A stretch of 64,000 nt of DNA, taken from the NCBI GenBank assembly GCA_002104905.1, contig MCFE01000340.1:1-64000 (forward strand). Direction: 5' to 3'. The position numbers and the translations under genes were made by a program. Position 1 is the first letter of the stretch. Each line of letters starts with the position of its first letter. This document shows positions 36,801 through 48,953 of the stretch, one piece after another. The DNA is from Basidiobolus meristosporus CBS 931.73. Its lineage: Eukaryota; Fungi; Basidiobolomycota. The notes beneath the pieces were generated by a model. It did not search any database. It saw nothing but the letters and a program-made list of their open reading frames with translations, and had not been told where the DNA came from.

Positions 36801-39800
36801 CGATTCTATAGTGGTGTTACCACTTTCGCTATACACCACCAGGCTATCTAGTAGATCTCTGACCTCATCTATGCTGGCCTTCAGGTTCTTTGCCATACTG
36901 AACACCTCCACAACCGACGCTGATTGCAGTATCAGAAGTGTCCCTCGTTCCATTGTGCTACGTAGGCTTTCGTATTTTGCCAGGGCTCTATCCCGCTCCT
37001 CCAGTATGCGAGTCCTCTTCTCTGCAATGCTTGTATGAGGACTGCTTTGTAACAAGTCGATGACCGTTGCAATGGATCGGGAATGCCCGATGATATATTT
37101 CTTCTTAATATCAGTCAGCTGCTGATCCAATGCCTCGTACTTGGCTTGTAGTAGGGAAACATCACTCAAAGCGGGCGACCATTTGGCTTCGCGGATTAGC
37201 TGCACAATCTCAGCATTCTTGTCATCAAGTAGAGCATTCAGTATTTTCAGACCGTTCTCCATGGGAAGAACCTCACCCAAGATCCCTAGTAACTCCGAAT
37301 TGTTTCTTAGATTCCTACGAAGATTAGATACACGTAACTGAATATCCTCGAAGTCAGCTACGATCCTATCCATATCTTCAGGCCTTTCTTCATCCGGTAG
37401 GCAGTCCAGAGAATTCTTGATATAGGCCAGGTGATCCAGCTCTTTCTTTTCGAATTGCTCAAGGTTCAAATCACCTTCCTTTAATTTGAGCAGAAGCGAA
37501 TCTACGCGTGACTGAGTCGTTAGCTCATTAAATTGGGTCGTCACCGAGTCGCACACCTGTTCAACCCCAGTGATAATGACCTTGGCTGCTCCGGCCTGAC
37601 ACCACCACTGGTTTGAGTTGCTTTCCTTCAAGGACTCAATCAGATAATTTCTGGTGTATTCATACGTATCTTCAAGCTCGGCAAGTCTCTTGGCGTAAAC
37701 ATCATCATCGGAATTGAACAGCTCTCCAAACTCCAGGCTCAAATGCTCAATCTGCTGCTTAAATGTAAGCAGCTGGGACTCTGCTTCATTACGAAGTTCT
37801 TCTTGATCCACTATCTTTTTAGCTAGTAGTCCAATATCACTCATCTTCATCTCAAGCTTGTCAGCTAGCTTCCCAAACTCAAAGCCTCTCGATATCATCC
37901 TAACCTCCTTTTTTCGTCGCTCCAGGCTCTCTTGGACCTCTATCCACGAGCCCAATAGTACCTGGTGGATATTTTCGATGATAATCCGTATTCCAGAACT
38001 ACTCTCCCCAAGCCGCTCGGTGGTTTGCATCTCGAACGAAGCCCAGGTGGCATCTTTAAATGTAGAAATCTCTCTTTCGAGCTGGCCAATCTCCTGATGC
38101 AACTCGTCATGCTGCCTCGGGGTACATGAGAGGCCATGCGCCAATATTCTGGAAGAAAGTGTCGAGCGCAGCCTTTCCAGGACGTTTTCAATATCCTTTG
38201 CTGTGTCTTGCCAGCGAGTTGGCGTTCCTTTATTGTTCAGCTCCCCCCGCTTCTGCTCGTAGATAAGCTCGCTTTCTTTCAGGCTCTCCTCAAGCTGCGC
38301 ATGCCGCTCTTGAGCAAGCTGGATATCCATGGCTTTCGCATAAATGATGGCCATATCTTGAAACTTCTTTCGAAGCAAACGCAACCCATTTCCGGTTTGG
38401 GCCATGGCATGTTCGGCGCTCTCTTCATCCCAGCTGTCAATGTCTGCCTTAATGGAGACAAGCTTGCTCTGCATGAGCTTTTCGATTTGAAGGTACTTGA
38501 ACAGTTCTTCGAATCTCTGGATCTCATTGTTGAGCACGTTTAGCCGATCCTGCCACTTTTGCACCAAACTTTCTGCTGTACTCAACTTGCTTGGGATGTC
38601 GCACGCATCCGTCTTTCCTGGAAAATTAGATGGGCTAAGAAGTGCAGAGAGTTCGGATTCCATAGCTTTTAAAGAATTAAATGAGCTTTTCAGTAGTGCC
38701 TTTTGCTCGGACAACACTGTTTTGTACTTCCCGAAATCAAGTGCGCACGATAGTAGATTTGCCTCTACCTCAGCGATGCTGGCAGCCCCCTCTTCAAGCT
38801 TCGCTGTTGCCTCATCTAGTCGACTCAGAAGATCCTCGGTCGACTTGTCTTGCTTGAGCTGTAGGCTCTCCTCCGTGATAAGCGTCTTTGCAGATAACAA
38901 GGAGCAATTTAGAGACTCTTGGGCTGAATGAAGGTACGCTGGGCAATGCGTAGGCATCTCTTCCACAATCAGTATGATGGAATGCTCCAATTCTTCTAAA
39001 TCGTGGCTAACACTTGATAGCAACGATGAACGCTCTCTTCGCGGTGTGTCAGCTTGGCGCATCGCTCTGAGCCTATGGATATCGCTTGTCAACTCATCGA
39101 TTGCCTTTTCGAACACGCTGATTTCTTCTATCTTGTCAACAATGGCCTGGTGATCTTTGCAGGCACAGCTAAGTTCCGAAATCGCCCGGCGAAGCTCTTC
39201 ATACTCGGCTACCACTCTCTCAGATTGCTCTTTTACTTGGCTTCTGTAGACCTCTTCACATGTGTCGCCTTCAGCGGTTGATTTCTCTGCCATGGACACG
39301 AATTGCCGAACGTCTTGAGCTAGTTCGGCAGCAACACTCTCACTAGAAGTTAACGTCACCCAATAGTCCCCAAGAGTGAGCCGACCCAATTCTGTCTTCA
39401 AGTCTGGTATTGCGGGGAGAGCTTTCAAAGATTGCTGGGCCTTTGAGATAAGCCTATCGCCCACAACCAAGGGGTCTTCTGTGTGGCGCTCGTGTTTCTT
39501 TTGAGCTCTGTCGATGCTGGACTCTGTGTGAGCTGCCACCAAAATGGTCTGTGACTGCAGATCCTTGTGTTTTCTTGCAAAGATGGTATAGAACTGAGAC
39601 ACATAGGTCATGATCGACCTTTCATCCGGCAGCTTTACACACAAGAGATCTTCCGCATCCAGCAAAAGCGGGATGCCCATACTCTCGTGGGCAATTAAGA
39701 AGGCTTCGTTGAGTATGCCCTCCCATTCTTCACGACCTTTCTCGGCCCGGATCCGTACCAACTTCGGGTGAGCAATCGAGTTGGGGTCATGGCGATGAAT

Positions 39801-40541
39801 TAGAGTGGAAAAGGCGACGCCATCCTTCCAGGATTCATGAAAATCCTCTACCCGGGGTCCAATTTCGCCATAGTTGGCGAGTTGGCTTTGAACCCACCGC
39901 ATAAGCAGATCTTTGGTATCCATTCTGGCGGCGTTCTGCACCTGTTGATGAATGGGTTAGTAAGGTTAACCGCACGACACCATCACTACTGAATGAATCC
40001 CAGTTCCCCTTACATTTTCTACATCTCCAGTACAGTGGCCGAATCCAGTTTCCGCTGGGTTAATCGGTCTCTCGTCGGCGATTTGCTGAATTTGAAATTT
40101 GAGAATTAACTGCCAAATAAGTTCAAGTAGGTGGGTGATATTCCCCTCTTCAATATCCTTGCTGTTCAAGCAGGAAAGTGGCTCCCCCAACGTCTTTTCT
40201 AAAAAAAGTAGAGCGGTCTCTACGTTGGAACGGCCTTGGGTGGGGGAAGATACATCCTCAACCTTGGGAAGTGGCTGCTTAGAGAGAACCTCCAACAGCT
40301 TGAGCAAGCGTTCCCCGTCTCTAAAGCCCGTCTCTATTGAGGCAATATGGTCCTCTTTCAATGCTAGCTGGAAATTGATCCATTTGGTGAACGTTTTTCT
40401 TTGAATCTCCTCATACGTGGAGCTGAGAGTCAGGAGTTTGTCCGAGAATTTCGGCGGGGCACAATGAGTTTTCGTGCCGAGAGGTGGATTGGTGGATAGG
40501 CAAAATGAAGAAACGCTTCCTCTAAGTGTGGTCTGGGACAT
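33819..40541 (-). CDS. Spectraplakin-like cytolinker: tandem CH actin-binding domain, ~1600-aa helical (spectrin-repeat-like) rod and C-terminal GAR/GAS2 domain, about 2181 aa; complement(join(33819..34033,34094..34104,34174..39941,39990..40541))
   Basis: CH1 EEIQRKTFTKWIN...FRDGERLLKLLEVL...LLELIWQLILKFQI. CH2 LLMRWVQ...DFHESWKDGVAFSTLIHRHDP...AFLIAHESMGIPLLLDAED...PDERSIMTYVSQFY. GAR GHYWIG...CYCRLL..KMVMVRVGGGWAELSRFLSEH. Introns of 48, 69 and 60 bp give a 6546-nt frame. Confidence 0.9.
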
Positions 40542-41063
40542 GGAAACGCTCGGTTGAGGTCTTTATTTGAAAATATATGCACAGCGGTCAGACAAATTAG
40601 AAATAGTATAAGGTATAAAGGAAGAAATCTACAAGGGAAAACTATGGTCGCCTCTAACAAGAACCCACTTAACCCTCCAGCCAGCTTCAAAGTCGAGCTC
40701 TTGATAGAGACGGCGGCCTCCTTGTTCCCATCCATCCAATAAGGGAGTGGTCATTGCTATTCAAGAATTTAATTCATTAACCAGCATGCATGAATATGAC
40801 TGCATCTTTCCATATGAATGCCATGCTAAATTGGTTCAATCCGCACAACAATCAAAACTCAGAATGCTGCGAATCCACTCTCCTGCTTCCCCCTATACAT
40901 CTGGATTTCCTCACCCGAATGACTTGACATGGATCTTCATATCACGAAGAATTCGCACCATTGAATCAATCCTAAGTACTGCATGTAGCAGAAATTGATC
41001 CAATTTATTCCGCTTTGGTCGGCGCGCCATTCCGGAATATTAACTCCCCGAAAAATTCGCGCC
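40542..41063. promoter_or_regulatory. Short divergent intergenic region (probable bidirectional promoter) between the spectraplakin-like gene and PUS7
   Basis: 522 bp separate two head-to-head start codons; AT-rich with TATA-like tracts (~40605-40620). Confidence 0.5.
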
Positions 41064-43045
41064 ATGTTAGCCATGTTGTTACCGAGGTGTACGGCTTCTT
41101 TATGGAGCCGACCACCACTCCGCTGGAGGCTCCTGTGCGACAAATCCTACGTCCTCTCTCGCCCATTCCTGGTACCTTCTCAATCTCACCCTAGGAGCCA
41201 CCCCCCGATACGTTTGTATACGACCTCGCCTCCGGCAGATGTCTCTCTTCAAAGCTCTATTGAAGAGCCCAATCCCGGCGACAGCGAGCTAAAGGGCGAA
41301 ACTTGGGGGGAGAAGGCAGTTGGAATCACCGAGTTTCTCCGAGTTCCTACCACCAGCATTTCAGGAATCATCAAGCACCGGTATTCGGATTTCGTGGTCA
41401 ACGAGATAGACTTGAGTGGAAGGCCTGTACACCTCTCCGATTTCTCCCTACCCAAGACAACTCCTTTGACACCGTCAGAAGTAGTTTCGCTTGAGGAGAG
41501 TGTCTGTGCACTGTTGGACCTGATCCACGACCCCGCTGTAGTCCGGGAAATCCAACGTCTCTTTGACACTAGGGGAGAGGAGCCTACTGCGGTGTACATC
41601 GACGGTATAGGTGGCAAAGCAGCACGACAAAGAATCCATCAATTTTTCAAGAGCGCCTTCGAACGTAAGCTGACCACGGACACCGTCGACGGCAGAGTCA
41701 AGGTCGAGTACGTCTCGGATAGGCCGAAGCCCAGGGACCGGTGGCATTGGCGGAAAAGCAAACCGTGGGACATTGCCGAAGGAGAGTTCTGCCAATTCGT
41801 GGTGCGCAAAGAAAACAGAGACACCGCTGACGTCGTCGGCGATATTGCCCGAATGACCAAACTCAGTCCCAAAGTCTTCTCTTACGCGGGAACCAAGGAC
41901 AGACGTGGGATCACTACCCAGTTGGTGACCGGGCATCATGTCAAGGCCGAGAGGCTCCTGGGATTAAACAAATCGATGCGGGGAGTTCAGGTGGGGGGAT
42001 TCAAGTACACCCCCGACAAGATAGACCTGGGTGACCTAAGCGGGAACCGGTTCGTCATCACCATCAGAGAGCTGGAGGCAGAGTCGATGGAGATGGTCGA
42101 CCGTGAATTGACTGCTCTAAGGGATAGAGGGTTCATCAACTATTTTGGTATGCAAAGGTTCGGTGCCCGCGCGGTGCCCACCCATGTCGTCGGCAAGCAT
42201 TTGTTGCTGGGGAATTGGGAAAAGGCTGTCGATTTGATTCTCATGCCGCGTGAAGGCGAGACAGGCACCATCGCGGAAGCCCGACAGCAGTGGGCCAGCA
42301 CGCGGGACCCGAGCCTAGTCGTCAGCCTCTTCCCTAAGCGATGTGTTGCTGAGGTCAAGGTGCTATCAACACTGGCCCAGAATGGACGGCGGCGGGATTT
42401 TTTGGGGGCCATAAGCACGATCCCTCGCAACCTTAGGTTGATGTACGTTCATGCCTACCAGTCGTTCATCTGGAACCAGATGGTTTCGCAACGCATCCGC
42501 ATGTATGGTTCCGATAAGCCAGTCGCAGGAGATCTTGTGCTTGCTGAACGTCCCCTAGAGAAGGGTGGTGGCTGTGTGAAGGCTTTGACCTCCGCCGACT
42601 TGTCCCAGTATTCAATCTATGACATAGTAATGCCGTTGCCCGGATTCGACGTGGAGTATCCGGAAAATGAGATCGGTAAGAGATATCTTGAGCGACTAGG
42701 CAAGGATGGGCTGGATCCCAGAGGAATGCATAGGAGTGTCAAGTAAGTCGGATGTGCACGCAGGCTTCCAATCGCATGCGCTAATCACTTCAATCAAGGG
42801 AATTCTCGTTGCCCGGGTCCTATCGGCCATGTGTGGTTAAGCCCATGGATACAACCTGGGAGCTGTTAGGTTACTCCGACCCTGATGAAGATCTCCCTGC
42901 TGTTGACCATCAAGAATCAATGCAAACTCCTCCCTCCCTTAATGGCTCTTACCAAGCCCTTAGACTTTCGTTCTCTCTTGGCCCTAGTCAATATGCTACT
43001 ATGGCCTTACGAGAGTTCATGAAGCTGAAAACACCTAGCGAATAA
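41064..43045 (+). CDS. PUS7: tRNA/mRNA pseudouridine synthase Pus7 (TruD family), about 641 aa; join(41064..42742,42799..43045)
   Basis: GIIKHRYSDFVVNEI, KENRDT, FSYAGTKDRRGITTQ (catalytic Asp), LGDLSGNRFVITIR, GFINYFGMQRFG, LMYVHAYQSFIWN, SLPGSYR and SQYATMALRE. A 56-bp intron (GTAAGT...CTAAT...AAG) keeps the frame. Confidence 0.95.
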
Positions 43046-43119
43046 TATTGGATCTTCTTGATACACAATTCGTTGTTAAACTACATGGACGATTGCGCTT
43101 GCCTTGCAGGGATGGGATG

Positions 43120-43297
43120 TTCATCAACACTTTTTGGGTTCTGAGTATGTATCTTATCAATGAGGTCTGCATCACTACAGTTCAATATGGTTGAGGGGTA
43201 TTGATGCCATGAGGATGCCATACAAAACCGCACTCTACCAGTAACTCCATTAAACTCCACCATTCAATAAGCGTTTCTGCCCTAATGCCCTTCACTC
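43120..43297 (-). repeat. Family C fragment, inverted and internally deleted
   Basis: The reverse complement contains gcagaaacgcttattgaatggtggagtttaatggagttact and catggcatcaatacc, matching 44945-44990 and 45335-45350. Confidence 0.7.
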
Positions 43298-43740
43298 TGT
43301 TGTGGGAGTCTTGGAGATTTTGGAAGCGAATGGAAAACAAGCATACTGTGTGATTGTCACTTGGTAATTTATTGAATGTAGAAGTGGTATTTATACTTTT
43401 AGACAGTCTAGGCACACTAAACGCTTAGAATCTGCTTAGGATGGTCCTAAGAGTATTTGTGCCAAGTTTGAGGCTCTTTGGACCACTTTGAGATTTTTCA
43501 TGTCCAAATGTTGTGAGAATATACCTGCAAGCATTTCATCAGTAAGATTGTAAGATAGCATGGCTAAGTTACTCTCAATAGCTTCTCAGAGGGAATGATT
43601 CATGAAATCTGCATTCCCAGTTCTAGCATATAAATATGCACACCTATTCAATTTTGTACGTACTTGATTATCTTCAAATACAGTGGAATTAAGCTTGGGT
43701 CTTCAAAGAGCTTTCTTGGCTCTTTTTTTGTTCCATGAGT
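43298..43740 (-). mobile_element. Copia fragment: family A-like LTR plus RNase H end
   Basis: TGTTGTGGGAGTCTTGGAGATTTTGGAAGCG is homologous to the family A LTRs. The adjacent minus frame STVFEDNQ...EAIESNL matches the copia RNase H at 13164-13340. Confidence 0.75.
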
Positions 43741-43829
43741 TTGCTACTTGAGATTAAGATAGGTTTATCCTATTATATTATATTACTTTTGCTTTTATCC
43801 CAAGAGATGCTGACTACTATCCTATCAGT

Positions 43830-45370
43830 ATACTCAAAGCTGATATCAACAAATGCATGAGCATTATCCTTTATTCAAATCAGCAAATGAATTTTGGGCC
43901 AGCATTAATATGCTGAGGAAGCTTCTAAAGAATAACAGAAACTATCAGAGGCAGAAAAACATGGGTGCCATGACTAAAAACCAGCCACTTCCTGAAGAGC
44001 CTGCTATAAGCAGGGTCAAAAGCCCTAAACAAGCAGCAGAGAAATGTCAGGTAGCTGGAAGAGTGCAGCTAAGGAACAAACAGGCAGAAACAGATGCACC
44101 AGTGCAATATTTAGCAAGCAAAAAGCATAGGTCCATTCAAGAAGCACTCAGTCAAAGTAGTAGTGTAGAACCTGGCAGTGCTAAAACCAACAGTTTCCTC
44201 AGGAGCCCATCACCCCATGGCTGAAAGCTCTAAGAAAGTGGCAAAGATATGTCAGGTTGCCAAAATAGTGGCAGCAAGGGATAAGCAGGCAGAAAAAGAT
44301 ATAGCAGCACAGCATTTATCTAGGAAAAAATGTAGTTCAATACAAGAAGGACTCAGATAAAGCAGCAATGAAAGACCTGGCAGTGATAAAGGAAAATCTG
44401 AAGGGCAAAAAGTCTACCCAAGCCTGAGACAGGTAAGTGTGGAAAAAAAGCTGCAGTTCTTACCAATTAATGCTATAAGCCCAGAACAAGCTGAATCTAA
44501 TCATAGCCAAGCAGAGTTCCCAGGAAGACAACAGCTGCTTTCTCAAGAGTTGGAAGCACAGCCTGTTAAGCTACACTCCAGTGAGGTAGAGGAGTTTGCA
44601 GTGAAAGCCACCTTGTCTACCATAGCCTCCATATCCTCCATTGTAGACAGAGTGGAGATCTCACTGACAGCCAAAGCAACAATGTCAAGAACTCAGCAGA
44701 CTATCACAATGCCTACAGTGAAATATTGGGCCAATAACAGGTACAGCAAAATGTTGCAGCACTAGTTTGAGAGCAGTGCTCATGAGAATGCACTTGAATA
44801 TTGCAAGGATTTATTGCCAAGACTGGCAGATGAGGTGCTAGACCTTTTGGTGCTTACTGAAGACCTTAATGTATGGGAACCAGTGAATGGACAATGGCAT
44901 AAAGCATTAGGGCTCCTGCCAAAGACATTAGAAATGGGCATTACAGCAGAACTACTTATTGAATGGTTGATTTTAATGAAGTTATTATTGAGTGTAAGGC
45001 TGGGCTTAATGTCAGTGTTGGGTATAGGAGCTTGTATAGGCCTGCAAAACTGGCAAATAAGTTACAACTGAAGTTTCAACAGAAATAAACCAATTTGTTT
45101 GCATAAAAAGTAAGATTATTGTTTGAGTCAGGAAGTAGGGAGAGTGAAATAGAGGCAATAGCCAATCAATATGCACTGATGTAGCAGGTGATTGAGTGTC
45201 CAGGGTCAGAAAGTAACAGAATTGGCAGAGAACCAATTAAAAGCCACTTATGTATTGTAATATTGAAAACTTTTGACCAAGTTTCTTGTAAAATCTGGGG
45301 TACAGTTTGTCTTAATAGTCTTTCATGGTGTCCCCATGGCATCAATACCACTTGATCATGGGATTTAAAC
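43830..45370 (+). repeat. Family C repeat copy with a decayed ORF
   Basis: HEHYPLFKSANEFWASINMLRKLLKNNRNYQRQK, two ~205-bp internal repeat units, and LADEVLDL..EDLNVWEPVNGQWHKALG. Collinear with 55729-57310 and 58650-60240. Confidence 0.85.
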
Positions 45371-45623
45371 TCTGTGCTGGCCTTTTGAAGGGATTATCAC
45401 AATCATTTTCACAGGGACTCTATATGAGACTCATGAAAGGTGAAGTATGGTTTATTGTACTTTACATACCAAGCAAGATGAAGTAGAGAACTGAGAATAG
45501 ATATAGTAGCAACAGAGATCTATATGTTCAGCTTTATGCTAACAGTCAAGCTGCTTGAATCCTAGCAAAAATTCCTGGCACAAAAGCTTCAAGTGTGCTA
45601 TATTAGAATTGGTGATACACTAC

Positions 45624-46144
45624 TGTTATGAATAGACACAAGGCAGGAGGAAAAGCTAGGCACGGCAGGAAAGGACTTAGGTGTGGACCATCAAGGCAAG
45701 GCAGGATTCAAGGCAAGGCTTTTTATTCAAGACCTGTGTTTATCAGACTGAGGAATACTTAAGGGAGGATAGGACTATATATACCTTTTGGTTATACTGA
45801 TGCCAAGAGATATTGGCTAATACTAATGGGGTTGTGGGGTGAGGCACAGCAATGGTGCTGGGGAAAATGACATAGATGACACGGCACTGAGACAGGATGG
45901 GGAAGTGGATTAGGTCACCTGATCATGTGACTAAGTCATGTGACATGGTATTTCCATATATAGTACTGGACTATGAAAAATATGATGGGAAGCTTCCATG
46001 GAATGTTCCATTGTGTAACAGTGGTTTGGAAGGGTCAGGAACTTTCTGGAAGGTAGTAGAAGGTTCCAGAAGGAATCTCTTAGAAATTGAGCTAGGAAGC
46101 TGAAACTTGGCATGGGTGTTCATGGTTGTCATGTGATCATGACA
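45624..46144 (-). repeat. 3' LTR of the chromovirus element, 521 bp
   Basis: Minus strand TGTCATGA...TCATAACA inverted termini, directly after the PPT. Confidence 0.8.
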
Positions 46145-46816
46145 CTATTCTCCTTTTCCAGGCAAAGCTCTGTTTCCCTTTGGGGCAGGTTTTGCAGGAT
46201 ATTGCTGGTGGAACCAGGTAACTAGTTCTTGACAATTAGTGAGATGGGTAGCTGGTTCCCATGTTTGGTCACTTGGACCATAACCAATCCAGTCTACTAA
46301 GTAGTACAGCTTTGACCGGATATACTTGGAGTCTAGAATCTGTTTAACTTCAAATTCTTGATGTTGGTCAACCTGGATGGCTTGGGGCTTTGCTTCTTGC
46401 CAGTTTGGCAATGTGTTCCTACAATACGGCTCCAGGAGGGACACATGGAAAGTATCATGGATTTTCATATTTGCTGGTAACTGTAGCTGATATACTATAG
46501 AGCTAAGCTTCTTCTTGATCTTGAAGGGACCAAGTTTCTTGAAATCCAACTTGTCACAAGGGCGGTTGGTGCTGATGTTTCTTCTGAGCAACCATACGGA
46601 ATCTCCTTCATTAAGATCAGGGCTGGGATACCGTTTTAGATTGGCAAATTTCTTGTAGCTTTCCTGAGCTAAGGATAGCACTTCCTTCAGGGTGTTCTGG
46701 ATGTCCTAGAATGCTTTGGCATGTTCAGCCGCATGTGGGCTCATTGGGTTTGTTGGAATATGGATATCAAACTGAGGGTGGAATCCATAGTTTGCATAGA
46801 ATGATGTGAAACCGGT

Positions 46817-47888
46817 ATGGTGGTGTATAGGTCCAAGGGAGAGATACGTCCAACACTTCTCAAGTGTTTTGTGTGTGGGGTGTTCACTGGGTGCAATAAC
46901 CTCTGGCAAAAGCTTGCTAGGAATACTTGGGTTCTGTTTCTAATCTAATGTGAAGGGGAATAAAGCCACAAGCTTGTCAAGGGAAAACTATTGAGCTACA
47001 ATCCCCAACTTAGTTGGTGTCTTAACAAAAGTATGTGCTGGGTTCAGCGTCCTTTGAGATGACAATGTACTAAAGCTTCCAAAGTCAAAACAACTGTAAA
47101 CTCCACCAGCAGGGACTTGATAAGAATGCAGCTTTGGTCAATAGTTACAAAAACAGAAAAGTATCTTTGCCTGTACAAGAACAAACTTGGGAAAACAAAC
47201 AAATATAATAAAAGATACCTACTCTGAGTATTCCTCACAAGTAGTGCCTCCAAGGTCAGTTGGCTGTCAGCGCGGTTTCCTGGGAGTGTCCTGTGGTCTA
47301 GGGTTGGAAATTCAGGTAGCAGCAGGTAGCAGTGATCACACTAATCAACAAGTCGGTATATTGATAAAAGGGATGATGATTTATAGTTGAGGGATAGCCT
47401 CCCTTATATACTTTTTTTCACTGGCTAAGCAATTACTAATCATGGTGTTCCAGAAGGTTCCGGAGATCAATCAAAATCTTAATGACATCAGAATGACCTA
47501 AGAATGTTCTAAGTAGGTGCCGGAAGGTTCTAAGAGGCATAGCACATCCAACCAATCAGGAATCAGTATTCTGAAACCTGTGTAACATGGGGATACCATA
47601 TATGGTATGGAAATGATAGGGATGGTGACACAGGCTGATCATGTGTCACAGGTACTGGCGCAGGTACTTGCCTAATATAGAAGTACTTATAGCTAGTAAT
47701 CTCACATAAAGTGAGGGGTAACTTATGCAATAAGGTAAGCAGGTGTGATAGTCAACTGGCTTATGGGATAGGACTGATTGGGTAAGACAAATGGGATAAA
47801 ACTAAAATAAGTGTAGTAGAGATATAGGGAAGTAGAAAATAAGGGAATGAGCACATCTGTCAGTGGGTGTCACTGTCACCCCACTACA
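46817..47888. repeat. Solo LTR family B, 1072 bp, inserted in the chromovirus integrase
   Basis: TATGGTGGTG (TGTGG in the 17833 copy)...CCCCACTACA flanked by duplicated CCGG (46813-46816 and 47889-47892). Removing it restores NNSSHSATG|FTSFYANYGFHP. Confidence 0.88.
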
Positions 47889-48953
47889 CCGGTTGCACTA
47901 TGGCTTGAGTTGTTGTAGGCAAACTCAGCAACAGGGAGTAGATCAACCCAATTGTCTTGCTGGTAATTGATATAGCACCGGAGGTATTGCTCTAGAATCT
48001 GGTTGATTCTTTCAGTCTGGCCATCAGACTGTGGATGGAAGGCAGTAGAGAGCTTGACTTGAACACCAAGGTATTGCATGAAGTGTTTCCAAAACTTGGA
48101 CACAAACTGTGGGCCTCTATCTGACACAATATCACTGGGGATACCATGAAGGCGGAAAATATTCTTGAGGACTAACACAGCAGTTTCTTTTGCATCAGTG
48201 TTCTTTCAGCAAGGGATAAAGTGAGCCATCTTGGTCAGCCGGTCAGCCACTACAAGTAGAGCATTGAAGCCACATGACTCAGGGAGGTCAGTAATGAAGT
48301 CCATAGATATAGATCTCCATTGGTGTTCTGGGATAGGCAGGGGCTGAAGAAGTCCATAGGGCTGGTGTCTGGCTGGTTTTGCACAGTTGCAAATATCACA
48401 AGTAAGAATGTACTCTTTGATAAGAGTTATCATTCTAGGCCACCAGAAATCTCTTTTGATAGCATTCAAGGTTTTGGCAGAACCAAAGTGACCTGCAGCC
48501 ATTGAATCATGCCAAGACTTAATGATGTCTAGCTGGGTGGCAAGGTCTGGGACATAAAGCTGCTGCTTGTGGTAGATGAGGTTGTTTACCAAATGCAGGT
48601 TCTGGATGTTTGGGAACTTGGGAGGGGGCCCAACTGGGGATTCCAGATATTTCTTGACGGTGCTGGAAGTCATATCAGAGGCTTGGGATTTGGATATCCT
48701 TACTAGGAATGAAGGGATGACAAGACTTGAGGACTGGGTGGCAAGAACCTCAAAATGTTTCTTGCTCAGCAATGGGTGTTCCATTTGCCAACAGGCATCA
48801 TCTCCCTCTTCCAGGGCATATTCCTTTTTTCTGCACAGGGCATCAGGCTTTCCTTGCTTTGCACCAGGTCTATAGGTGATAGTAAAGTCAAAGCTGGACA
48901 GGAAGAGTGACCATCTGGCTTGTCTCCGGTTTAGTACTTTGGAAGTTGCAAAG

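Larger units (their letters stand above)
45624..48953 (-). mobile_element. 3' half of a chromodomain-bearing Ty3/gypsy (chromovirus) element: RNase H end, integrase, chromodomain, PPT and 3' LTR
   Basis: FATSKVLNRRQARWSLFL; WHDSMAAGHFG...CDIC; SISMDFITDLP; IVSDRGPQF; HPQSDGQTERINQ; KLDFKKLGPF; chromodomain FEVKQILDSK...YYLVDWIGYGPSDQTWEP. PPT GGAAAAGGAGAATAG precedes the LTR. The integrase is split by solo LTR B, and gag/PR/RT are absent. Confidence 0.92.

Noticed and set aside
40995-41063. TTG start at 40995 for PUS7, and other TTG/GTG starts in the ORF track
   Set aside because: The locus is eukaryotic. The first in-frame ATG is at 41064, and most non-ATG starts mark exon interiors or splice acceptors.
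1236-43045. The six genes as a functional or biosynthetic cluster
   Set aside because: They have unrelated housekeeping, cytoskeletal and regulatory functions, are separated by TE islands, and share no visible regulatory motif.
45331-45363. Compensatory covariation proving a conserved RNA structure at the family C end
   Set aside because: The stem variants are fully explained by independent CpG deamination of one ancestral inverted repeat.
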